From the NCBI GenBank assembly GCA_963743525.1, contig CAVUQH010000003.1, forward strand, positions 1,024,001-1,088,000: a stretch of 64,000 nucleotides of DNA, in the 5' to 3' direction. Below are positions 20,078-28,607 of this stretch, piece after piece; position 1 is the first letter of the stretch; each line of letters opens with the position of its first letter. The DNA comes from an uncultured delta proteobacterium (GTDB lineage: Bacteria > Myxococcota_A > Polyangia > Haliangiales > Haliangiaceae). Below the pieces are notes generated by a model. That model did not search any database. It was not told where the DNA came from and saw only the letters and a list, made by a program, of their open reading frames with translations. Position numbers and translations under genes: made by a program.

Positions 20078-21307
20078 ATGGAAACGACCACACAGACCAA
20101 ACGCACCTCGGAGAGCACCACGGCCGCCCGCTTCGTGGAAGCCGGCGCCGCCTTCGCCGACCTGTCCGGTCCGACGCCCCCGCGGGCGACCGGGTCGGCC
20201 GGCGCGAATTCGTATGACGTGATCGTGATCGGCGCCGGCCAGTCCGGCCTGTCGATCGGCTACCACCTCGCCCGCCAGGGCCTGCGCTTCGTCATCCTCG
20301 ACGGCAACCAGCGGGTCGGCGACGCCTGGCGCCAGCGCTGGGACTCGCTGCGCCTGTTCACGCCGGCCCGCTACGACGGCCTCGACGGCATGCCGTTTCC
20401 GGCGCCGCCGCACTCGTTCCCGACCAAGGACGAGATGGCCGACTACCTCGAGTCGTACGCCGAGCATTTCTCGCTGCCGGTCGTCACCGGCGTCCGCGTC
20501 GACCGACTGTGGCGCGACGGCGACCGCTACATCGTCAACGCCGGCGGCCGCCGGCTCGAGGCCGACCAGGTGGTCGTCGCCATGGCCCACTACCAGCGGC
20601 CAAACATCCCGCCGTTCGCCGGCGAGCTGTCGGACGACATCGTCCAGCTGCACTCCGCCGACTACCGCAGCCCGTCGCAGCTGAAGGACGGCCCGGTGCT
20701 GCTGGTCGGCGCCGGCAACTCGGCGGCCGAGCTAGCCAAGGAGCTGTCGCCCCACCACCGCGTGTGGATGTCGGGTCCGTCCACCGGCAAGCTGCCGTTC
20801 CGCATCGCCGGCTGGTTCGGCCGCACCATCGGCGTCCGCCTGGTGCTGAAAGTGCTGTTCATGCGCATCCTCAGCGTCGGCAACCCGCTGGGCCGCAAGG
20901 TGCGGCCCAAGCTCCTCGGCGCCGGCCCGCTGATCCGCGTCCTGCCCAGGGACCTCCGCCGCATGGGCGTCCAGCGCGTCGGCCGCACCACCGGCATCGA
21001 AGACGGCAAGCCGCGCCTCGACGACGGCCGCGTCCTCGACGTCGCCAACGTCATCTGGTGCTCGGGCTACCACCCGGCCTTCTCCTGGATCGACCTGCCG
21101 ATCTTCGACGACCACGGCCATCCGCGCCACCACAGCGGCATCGTCGACGAAGCCCCCGGCCTCTACTTCCTCGGCCTGCACTTCCTCCACTCGCTGTCGT
21201 CGGGAATGATCCACGGTGTCGGCCGCGACGCCCGCCGCCTGATGCCGACGATCCTCGCCCGCCGCGATGCGATCGGCGCGTCAGCGGCGGCGGAGGCGGC
21301 CGCGTAG
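20078..21307 (+). CDS. Flavin-containing monooxygenase-like NAD(P)/FAD oxidoreductase
   Basis: GAGQSG, WRQRWDSLRLFTP, HSADY, GAGNSA. Confidence 0.88.
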   Translation: METTTQTKRTSESTTAARFVEAGAAFADLSGPTPPRATGSAGANSYDVIVIGAGQSGLSIGYHLARQGLRFVILDGNQRVGDAWRQRWDSLRLFTPARYDGLDGMPFPAPPHSFPTKDEMADYLESYAEHFSLPVVTGVRVDRLWRDGDRYIVNAGGRRLEADQVVVAMAHYQRPNIPPFAGELSDDIVQLHSADYRSPSQLKDGPVLLVGAGNSAAELAKELSPHHRVWMSGPSTGKLPFRIAGWFGRTIGVRLVLKVLFMRILSVGNPLGRKVRPKLLGAGPLIRVLPRDLRRMGVQRVGRTTGIEDGKPRLDDGRVLDVANVIWCSGYHPAFSWIDLPIFDDHGHPRHHSGIVDEAPGLYFLGLHFLHSLSSGMIHGVGRDARRLMPTILARRDAIGASAAAEAAA

Positions 21308-21353
21308 GGTTCCCCGCGGGCGCGGCGCGGCGCACGTGCTAGGGTCTGCGGCG

Positions 21354-23234
21354 ATGAAGACGCAGGGCTTCGCGGCGCTGGCCGCGGCGGTGGTGCTCGC
21401 GCTGGCGGGCGGGTGCAAGAGCAAGGACGGCGGCGACAAGAAGGACGAGCCGGAGAGTCAGCCGGCGGGCGGCGGGATCGGGTCGCTGGGGATGATGAGC
21501 TCGCTGCTGTCGGGCAAGCTCGACAAGCCGGGGCCGTACGACGAGCCGCAGGCGTCGCCGGGGCTCGACGAGAGCAATCCGCACCTGGCGATCGTCGAGC
21601 TGCGCCGGCCGATCGTCGAGCTGCGGTCGTACTCGCTGTTCGGCGGGTCGAACGGAGTGCCGATGCGCGAGGTGATCGACCGCCTGCGCCAGCTCGAGCG
21701 CGCCGACAACGTCAACGGCATTCTGCTCCGCTTCGGCGACATCGGCTCGCTGAGCATGGCCGCGGCCGAGGAGCTGCGCGCGGCGCTGCTGTCGCTGGGG
21801 CCCAAGCCGATCTACTGCCACACCGAGGGGGTGTCGACGCGGACCTACTACGTGATGACGGCGTGCAAGAGCATCGGGCTGGCGCCGACCGGGTTGATCG
21901 CGGTGACCGGGGTGGCGGCGATGCCGATCCACGTCAAGGGGCTGCTCGACAAGCTGGGGGTGCAGGCCGACTTCGTCCACGTCGGCGCGTACAAGGGGGC
22001 GGCCGAGCCGCTCACGCTGGATCAGCCGTCGCCGCAGATGACCGAGACCCTCGACGCCATCCTCGACCAGGAGTACGGCGCGCTGGTGCAGGGGATGGTC
22101 GAGGGGCGCAAGCTGAGCGCCGCCGACGCCCAGGCGCGCATCGACACGGCGCTGTTTCAGGACCAGGCGGCGGTCAACGCCAAGCTGGTCGACGAGGTCG
22201 CGACCTATCAGGCCTATCGCGACGAGGTGTCCAAGGGCGCGTGGATGGTCGAGTCGGCGACGCCACCGCGCCCGCGGGGCATGGACGAGCTGATGAAGCT
22301 GTTGGGACTGGCGCCTGTCAGTCGGCCCAGCGGTCCCCACGTGGCCCTGGTCTACGCCACCGGCAACGTGGTCGACGGCAAGGGCGATGGCATCCTCGGC
22401 GCCCGCGGCGAGATCGCCTCGCGCACCCTGAGCGCGGCGCTGCGCGCGCTGGCGGCGGACGACAGCGTGCGCGCCGTGGTCCTGCGCGTCGACTCCGGCG
22501 GCGGCAGCGCGCTGGCCTCCGAGCAGATCTGGCACGCCGTCGCCGACCTGAAGAAGCAGAAGCCGGTGATCGTGTCGATGGGCAATGTCGCCGCGTCGGG
22601 CGGCTACTACCTGAGCTGTGGCGCGACCAAGATCTTCGCCGAGCCGAGCACGCTGACCGGGTCGATCGGCGTCGTCGGCGGCAAGCTGGTGCTCGACGGC
22701 GCCCTGGCCAAGATCGGCGTGCGCACCTTCCCCCGCGGCCGCGGCAAGCGGGCGCTGATGATGTCGACCCTGGGCGACTGGACCGCCGACGAGCGCGCCG
22801 CGATGCTCAGCATGATGGAGCAGGTCTACGGCGTCTTCGTCGACCGGGTCGCCGCCGGCCGCGGCAAGAGCCCCGACGACGTCAAGAAGATCGCCCAGGG
22901 ACGGGTGTGGACCGGCGCCGCCGCCCTCGACAACGGCCTGGTCAACCGGCTCGGCGGTCTCGACGACGCGCTCGACGCCGCCCGCGAGCTGGGCAAGGTC
23001 AACGCCAGCGCCGAGCTCGAGGTCTACCCGCCGGCGCCGACCATCATGGACTACGTCAAACGCTACGGCGGCAACGTCACCGCGCCGTTCGGCATGGACA
23101 CCGCACTCGGCGCGCTGGAGCGCGTCGCCGGCCCCGAGCTCGCCGCCGTCGCCCGCGCCACGCTCTTGCAGGTGGCGTCGTTCGCCCAGGTGCCGGTGCA
23201 GACTGTGCTGGTTTTTCCCGTCGCTCTTCCCTGA
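21354..23234 (+). CDS. sppA: Signal peptide peptidase SppA (protease IV), lipoprotein form
   Basis: Lipobox AGGC; two S49 domains; GAYKGAAE, VDSGGGS, SMGNVAASGGYY, TGSIGV, AQGRVWTG. Confidence 0.9.
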   Translation: MKTQGFAALAAAVVLALAGGCKSKDGGDKKDEPESQPAGGGIGSLGMMSSLLSGKLDKPGPYDEPQASPGLDESNPHLAIVELRRPIVELRSYSLFGGSNGVPMREVIDRLRQLERADNVNGILLRFGDIGSLSMAAAEELRAALLSLGPKPIYCHTEGVSTRTYYVMTACKSIGLAPTGLIAVTGVAAMPIHVKGLLDKLGVQADFVHVGAYKGAAEPLTLDQPSPQMTETLDAILDQEYGALVQGMVEGRKLSAADAQARIDTALFQDQAAVNAKLVDEVATYQAYRDEVSKGAWMVESATPPRPRGMDELMKLLGLAPVSRPSGPHVALVYATGNVVDGKGDGILGARGEIASRTLSAALRALAADDSVRAVVLRVDSGGGSALASEQIWHAVADLKKQKPVIVSMGNVAASGGYYLSCGATKIFAEPSTLTGSIGVVGGKLVLDGALAKIGVRTFPRGRGKRALMMSTLGDWTADERAAMLSMMEQVYGVFVDRVAAGRGKSPDDVKKIAQGRVWTGAAALDNGLVNRLGGLDDALDAARELGKVNASAELEVYPPAPTIMDYVKRYGGNVTAPFGMDTALGALERVAGPELAAVARATLLQVASFAQVPVQTVLVFPVALP

Positions 23235-23368
23235 GAGAGGTAACTGTCCCGCTCTCTTGTGTCAGCGCCGGCACGACCGGGGGAGCCAAGATCGCCAGGT
23301 CGTGCCGTTGGGCAAAGACGCCATGCCGGGTACGCCGGTATAGCGATTCGCAGTGAGCTATCGATCCA

Positions 23369-24136
23369 ATGTCGAACAAACACGGCCGGACCGTTGCGGT
23401 GGCCGGGGCTGTCGTCCTGGTAATCGCCCTGGCAGGATTCGTCGTCATGTCACGCAACCACTCGAATGAGGCCCCTCCGAGCGAGGTGCCGGACGCGGCT
23501 GCCGCGCCCGGCAGTCTCATCACGATGAGGTGGACGTTGGGCGTATGGTTCGGCACCGGCGGCGTGCAGGCCAGCACGTTGACGCTGGCGCAAACAACGT
23601 CGAAGGATGTGGTCTTCAGCGTGCGCCAGACGCGGCGGACCGTGGATCAGCCGACCGATCCGGGCCACGTGGCCGCGGTCGATTTCGATCTCGGCCACGG
23701 CTTACACGTCTGTCTGCGGATCTTCGCCGTGGGTGAGATCTTCGACCAAGGGGCAATCCACGTTCGAGGCGAGCTGCAGGGAAACTGGATCGCCCCCAGG
23801 AAGAAGGGCACTGCGGAGGCGGAACGCGCCAAGCAGCCGGTCTCGTCCACGTTCGACGTGTTGACGCCGGGTGTGGGGATCGAGCTGTGGGATTCGGTCG
23901 ACATCGACGGCACGGTGGAGGTCGAGCACCCGAAAGGCTTGAAGTACGCCGATGCCAACGTCATGTATCAGGCCTATCAGCGCGTCGAGCTAATAGGCGT
24001 CGGTGACCACGTGCCCGGAGCGACGGAGCCGCTGGTCTTCGGGCCAATGCCGAAGTCGTGCGCAGAGAAGTACGGACTCGTGAGCCTCGATGGGCCCGAG
24101 GTGTTGACCGACCCCAAACCGATTGAAGGCGAGTAG
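23369..24136 (+). CDS. Hypothetical protein with N-terminal membrane anchor
   Basis: 255-aa ORF with a TM near residues 8-27; more A/T-ending codons than its neighbours. Confidence 0.6.
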   Translation: MSNKHGRTVAVAGAVVLVIALAGFVVMSRNHSNEAPPSEVPDAAAAPGSLITMRWTLGVWFGTGGVQASTLTLAQTTSKDVVFSVRQTRRTVDQPTDPGHVAAVDFDLGHGLHVCLRIFAVGEIFDQGAIHVRGELQGNWIAPRKKGTAEAERAKQPVSSTFDVLTPGVGIELWDSVDIDGTVEVEHPKGLKYADANVMYQAYQRVELIGVGDHVPGATEPLVFGPMPKSCAEKYGLVSLDGPEVLTDPKPIEGE

Positions 24137-24138
24137 TC

Positions 24139-24435
24139 ATGTCTGATGATGAAACGTTGGTACGTTCGCGGCAGGCGCAAGACGGGAACGGCGTCGCGCC
24201 AGACGGAGTCGCCCGATTCTACGTGGACGCCGCGGAGGTACATGTCCAGCCGTTTACTGTCCAGGTGGCGCTCGGATCCACCGGCCTGAATGGCGAGGCG
24301 AATCCGAGCGTGCTGCTCATCATGAGCCCCAACTTCGCGTTTCATCTGCGCGAATGCCTCAACCAGGCGATGAGCGCCTTCACGACTCAGGCCGAGGCGG
24401 TGGGCGACGATGGCGGTGGTGGCGACGGTCAGTAG
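24139..24435 (+). CDS. Small hypothetical protein, DUF3467-like
   Basis: FYVDAAEV...FTVQVALG...LIMSPNFAFHLRECL pattern; 2 bp after the previous stop. Confidence 0.55.
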   Translation: MSDDETLVRSRQAQDGNGVAPDGVARFYVDAAEVHVQPFTVQVALGSTGLNGEANPSVLLIMSPNFAFHLRECLNQAMSAFTTQAEAVGDDGGGGDGQ

Positions 24436-27400
24436 CTCGGCGGCAGGCAGGCCATGCTGTCGGTGCCGTTGAGCATGGTGCAGGTGTCGCCGTCGGCGCA
24501 GTCGCTGGTGTCGGTGCAGCGGCGGCGGCAGAGGGCGTTGTCGGCGTTGCTGCCGACGCAGATGGTGGTCTGATCGCACTGCTCGGGGGCGCAGTCCTGG
24601 CCTTCGGTGGAGCCGGGGATGCAGGCGCCGGTGCCGGCGAAGTCGGCGCAGCGATCGCCGTCGGGACAGTCCGCGTCGGTGGTGCAGAACGGCTGGCAGC
24701 TGCGCGCGCCGTCGGGGTCTTCGATGCAGGCTAGGGCGCCCGGGCAGACGCCGTCGGGGCTGCAGCAGGGGTTGCCGAGCGACGGCGGGAAGGTGCCGGC
24801 GTCGCCGTCGGTCGGTCCGGCGTCGGCCCAGTCGGCGCCGGCGTCGGTCGGTCCGCCCTCGCACGTCACCATGTGGTACGGCGCGTTGTCGGCGCCGCCG
24901 TCACCGCTCGGAGTCGCAGCGTCGGCTCCGGGCGGCGTCACGTTGTTGTTGGCGTCGGGGCTGCCGCCGGTGTCGCCGGCCGGGTCGTTGCTCGAGCAGC
25001 CCAATGCGGCCCCGGCGACCAGCGCCAGAGTGGCCGCGATTGCGGCTGCGCTCGGGCGCCGGCGCCGGATCAGGCCGAAGGCGCACAGGACCAGCAGCAG
25101 GGTGCCACCAGCACCGCCGCCGCCAGAGTTGCAGCCGCCCTTGACGTCGTTGGAGTCGGAACCGGGGACGTCCGGCTCCCACGACGACTGGTCGCCGCCC
25201 ACCTGGCCGACCGCAGCCGCCAGCGGTACGCAGCCGCCGCTGAGGCAGGCCTCGTAGTTGCCGCACTGGCTGTAGTCGCCGCACGGGTCGGCGCAGCGGC
25301 CCAGCGAGCAGACACCGGTAGTGCACTCGCTGCCGCTGGCGCAGGCGACGCCGCACCAGCCGGCCACGCACGACGATCCGTCGGAGCAGTCGCTGTCCAG
25401 CTCGCAGGCGCCGGCGATCGGCAGGCAGACGCCACCGCTGCACGAGGTGCCGGGGGCGCAGGTCTCACCGGCCGCGCACGAGGTCGGCGCGATGCGGTTG
25501 CTGGTGCACAGGCCGCCGACGCAGGCGGGTCCGACGTCGTCGGTTCCGTTGGCCGGGCAGTCGGCCGCGGTGGTGCAGCCGTCGACCACGCCGCCGGGCT
25601 GGCAGACGCCGTTCTCGCAGGTGTAGCCGCCGGGGCAGTCGTAGTCGTTGGCGCACTGGGCGGGCGGGTCACCGGGGACGCAGACGCCGTTGGCGCAAAC
25701 CTCACCACCTGCGCAGTCGGTGGCGTCGGTGCAGCCGCCGGTGCTGGGCGTGCAGAAGCCGCCGTAGCAGGTGTTGACGTAGACGTCGTCGCCCGGCGGC
25801 GGGCAGTCTTGATCGACCGTGCACGGAACCGGCGGCTGGCCGGGGTGGCAGTGGCCGCTCTCGCACAGCTCGCCGCCCGGGCAGTCGTCGTTAACGCTGC
25901 AGCTGTCGGGAGGCTGGCAGAAGCCACCGGTGCACTCGTCACCGCTGGGGCAGTCGGTCGGATCGGTGCAGGCGATCGGCGGGTGTGGAGGCTCGCAGAA
26001 GCCGCCGAGGCAGACGCCGCCCGAGCACTGGCTGTCGTCGGTGCACGGCGTCTGCGGTGGCTCGCAGGTGCCGTTGTTGCAGACGTCGTCGCCGCCGCAC
26101 TGGTTGTTGTTCTTGCACGGTCCGCCCGGCGGGTTGGGATCGCAGAAGCCGCCGGTGCAGTAGTCGCCCGAGGGGCAGTCGCTGACGTCGGTGCACGGGA
26201 CCGGCGGGTGCTCCGGCTGGCAGGTGCCGGTCTCGGTCTCGCAGAACTCGCCGGGGCCGCACTCGCCGGCCGGGCCGCAGGGCGGCGGCGGCGGGGTGCA
26301 GTAGCCACCGTCGCACGTGTCGCCGCTGGGGCAGTCGCTCGCGGTGGTACACGGCGGCGGCGGCTGGACCGGCACGCAGAAGCCACCCTCGCAGCCGAAG
26401 CCACCCGGGCAGTCGGCGTCGTAGGTGCATGGGCCGCAGTCGGAGCCGGTGCACGGCGGGGTGCCGGGCTGACAGACGCCGTCCACGCAGACGTCGCCGC
26501 CCGGGCAGTCGCCGTCGTCGGTGCACGGGTTGCCCGGAGGCACGCACTGGTTGCCGAGGCAGACGTCGTCGCCCGGGCAGCTCATGTCACACGGCGGCTC
26601 CGGCGGCTGGCAGACGCCGTCCTCGCAGACGTCGCCGCCCTGGCACTGGGCGTCGGTGATGCACGGCGGGGTGCCGTCGGGGGGCACGCACGGGTCCTTG
26701 TCGCAGAACTCGGGATCGGCGCAGGTGTCGTCGCACGGCGGCACGCAGTAGCCGCCCTCGCAGGTGTCGTTGCCGTTGCAGTCTTCGTCGGTGGTGCACG
26801 GCGGGGGCGGCGGCTGGCAGACGCCGTCTTCGCAGATCTCGTCAGTCGGGCAGGACGCGTCGTCAACGCACGGGTTCTGGCACTCGCCGCCGCCGTCGCA
26901 GTAGTCGCCCGGCGGGCAATCCTGGTCGCCCTCGCACTGGTCGTGGTCAACGCGGATCGGCACGGTGGCGATACCGGTCGGATCGCCGACCTGGTAGCCG
27001 ACGAAGATCGGCCCGGGGCCGGGGTGGAACGATGCAGCGCCCTTGGCGGTGCCCGCCGCGGTGCCGGGGAACGATCCGGCGCCGGGGGCGATCGCCTGCA
27101 GGTCGGGCGGCGCCAGGCGAACGGCGAAGCGCACCTCGATGCGGGTGGCATCGGCCGGCGCGTTGAACTCGACGCTCACCGCCACGCTCGACACCTGACC
27201 GCCGAAGCGGGTCGGGCCGCTGCGCTGGTAGATGCTGGTGACGACCGGCGCGCTGTCGACCAGCGTGTCGCCGTCCCACGCGCCCAGCTCGAACGGGCTG
27301 TAGCCGTTGGCGACCAGCCAGCCGTCATCGAACGGCGACGGGATCGGCGTGACCGAGCCCTGGCCGTAGGTGCCGGTGACGGCGAAGTCGGAGATGCCGT

Positions 27401-27728
27401 TGGCGTCGTGGCGCAGGCTGTAGGTGGGGAAGATCAGCGTGGCGCCGAAACGGCCGTCACCGGTCCCGCCGGCCAGGCCGTCGGAGACGCTGAGCTTCTT
27501 GCCGTCGATGGCGGCCACGAACGGGATCCAGTCGCCCTCGGCGTAGCCGTTGATCAGACCGGAGTCGCGCAACCCGGCGGGGAAGGGCGGGCCGAGGTCG
27601 TAGCCTCGCAGTTGCGACTTCACGCCCTGACTGACCGCCGCGCGCGACGAGTTGACGTTCTCTGATTGTGTACAGGCCCCGGCGATCAGGGCGCACGTCA
27701 CCACTGCGACGACGTATGTGGACTTCAC
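24429..27728 (-). CDS. Cys-rich surface protein: lipoprotein signal, globular domain, about 23 four-Cys repeats, internal MYXO-CTERM, second lipoprotein module
   Basis: N-terminal LIAGA|C; repeats CxxDxDCxxGxxCxxGxC; GGCNSGGGGAGGTLLLVLCAFGLIRRRR; then PSAAAIAATLALVAGAALG|CSS. Start GTG 27728 preferred because ATG 27773 lies inside the sigma54 site. Confidence 0.85.
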   Translation of the reverse strand: MKSTYVVAVVTCALIAGACTQSENVNSSRAAVSQGVKSQLRGYDLGPPFPAGLRDSGLINGYAEGDWIPFVAAIDGKKLSVSDGLAGGTGDGRFGATLIFPTYSLRHDANGISDFAVTGTYGQGSVTPIPSPFDDGWLVANGYSPFELGAWDGDTLVDSAPVVTSIYQRSGPTRFGGQVSSVAVSVEFNAPADATRIEVRFAVRLAPPDLQAIAPGAGSFPGTAAGTAKGAASFHPGPGPIFVGYQVGDPTGIATVPIRVDHDQCEGDQDCPPGDYCDGGGECQNPCVDDASCPTDEICEDGVCQPPPPPCTTDEDCNGNDTCEGGYCVPPCDDTCADPEFCDKDPCVPPDGTPPCITDAQCQGGDVCEDGVCQPPEPPCDMSCPGDDVCLGNQCVPPGNPCTDDGDCPGGDVCVDGVCQPGTPPCTGSDCGPCTYDADCPGGFGCEGGFCVPVQPPPPCTTASDCPSGDTCDGGYCTPPPPPCGPAGECGPGEFCETETGTCQPEHPPVPCTDVSDCPSGDYCTGGFCDPNPPGGPCKNNNQCGGDDVCNNGTCEPPQTPCTDDSQCSGGVCLGGFCEPPHPPIACTDPTDCPSGDECTGGFCQPPDSCSVNDDCPGGELCESGHCHPGQPPVPCTVDQDCPPPGDDVYVNTCYGGFCTPSTGGCTDATDCAGGEVCANGVCVPGDPPAQCANDYDCPGGYTCENGVCQPGGVVDGCTTAADCPANGTDDVGPACVGGLCTSNRIAPTSCAAGETCAPGTSCSGGVCLPIAGACELDSDCSDGSSCVAGWCGVACASGSECTTGVCSLGRCADPCGDYSQCGNYEACLSGGCVPLAAAVGQVGGDQSSWEPDVPGSDSNDVKGGCNSGGGGAGGTLLLVLCAFGLIRRRRPSAAAIAATLALVAGAALGCSSNDPAGDTGGSPDANNNVTPPGADAATPSGDGGADNAPYHMVTCEGGPTDAGADWADAGPTDGDAGTFPPSLGNPCCSPDGVCPGALACIEDPDGARSCQPFCTTDADCPDGDRCADFAGTGACIPGSTEGQDCAPEQCDQTTICVGSNADNALCRRRCTDTSDCADGDTCTMLNGTDSMACLPPSY

Positions 27729-27768
27729 GGCATCGTTCCCTTCGGCTTCCGGCGGCGTCAGGGGAATC

Positions 27769-27784
27769 AGCATTTCGTGTGCCA
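27769..27784 (-). promoter_or_regulatory. Sigma54 (-24/-12) promoter
   Basis: Minus strand TGGCAC-ACGAA-ATGCT with GG-N10-GC spacing, about 40 bp upstream of the GTG start. Confidence 0.65.
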
Positions 27785-27929
27785 GCCCACCGGGGCCAGG
27801 GTGTGCAAAAAACGAGCATTGCCGAAACGATGACCTTGGTAGTGATCGTGCAACGGCCGTACACGGGTGTGGCGATCTGCCCGAGTGCTGGAACCGACAA
27901 CACCGGGGAGCTGATCCCCAGTAGGTGGA

Positions 27930-28607
27930 TCAGCGACAGCTCTGATGCCAGGAAGGCAGCTCTTCGAGCGTGTCGAACACAGCGTCGGGCGCTGCAGCGG
28001 CCAGATCGTCGCGCGACGTCGAGCCGGTGGCGACTGCGAGCACGCGCACGCCACACGCGCGCGCTGCGTCGATGTCGCGGACTGTGTCGCCCACTACGAT
28101 GATTTCATCGCCGGGGAACGAGCGGCCAACGTGATCGGCGGCGCGCTCGATGGCCCGCGCGACCAACTCGGCGCGGTCGCCCGAGTCGCAGCCGAAGCCG
28201 CCAAAGGCGAACGACTCGTGCAGACCGATCCGCTCGAGCTTGGCCAGCGCCGCGGCGCGCACGTTGCCGGTGGCGATGCCCAGGGTCACCCGGTCGTCGC
28301 CCGCCAACCAGCGCACGCACTCGACCGCCCACGGCATGATGCGAAACCGCGGAGCATTTACCAGCTCGGCCTCGAGCATCGGCACGTAGGCGTCGAGCAG
28401 CGCGTCGACCTCACCGGCCTCGGGCCGGCGCCCGACCCGGTTGACGAAGACCTCGGTGAAGATGCCCGGGTCGGTCTTGCCCCCGGGGTCGATGCCGTCC
28501 ATGGCTCCATCCACCCCGTACCGGTCGCCAAACAGCCGATTGATCGCCCGCGTCCCCGCTCCACCGGTCAACAGCAGCGTCCCATCGATGTCGAACAAGT
28601 AGAGCAC
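27930..28607 (-). CDS. HAD-superfamily hydrolase (phosphoglycolate phosphatase-like)
   Basis: FDIDGTLL, ATGN, VGDTVRDI. Confidence 0.9.
   Translation of the reverse strand: MLYLFDIDGTLLLTGGAGTRAINRLFGDRYGVDGAMDGIDPGGKTDPGIFTEVFVNRVGRRPEAGEVDALLDAYVPMLEAELVNAPRFRIMPWAVECVRWLAGDDRVTLGIATGNVRAAALAKLERIGLHESFAFGGFGCDSGDRAELVARAIERAADHVGRSFPGDEIIVVGDTVRDIDAARACGVRVLAVATGSTSRDDLAAAAPDAVFDTLEELPSWHQSCR

Noticed and set aside
21354..23234. SppA as a dedicated processor of the polyprotein's signal hairpin
   Set aside because: It is on the opposite strand, separated by two genes, and SppA is a general housekeeping peptidase. Proximity is the only evidence.
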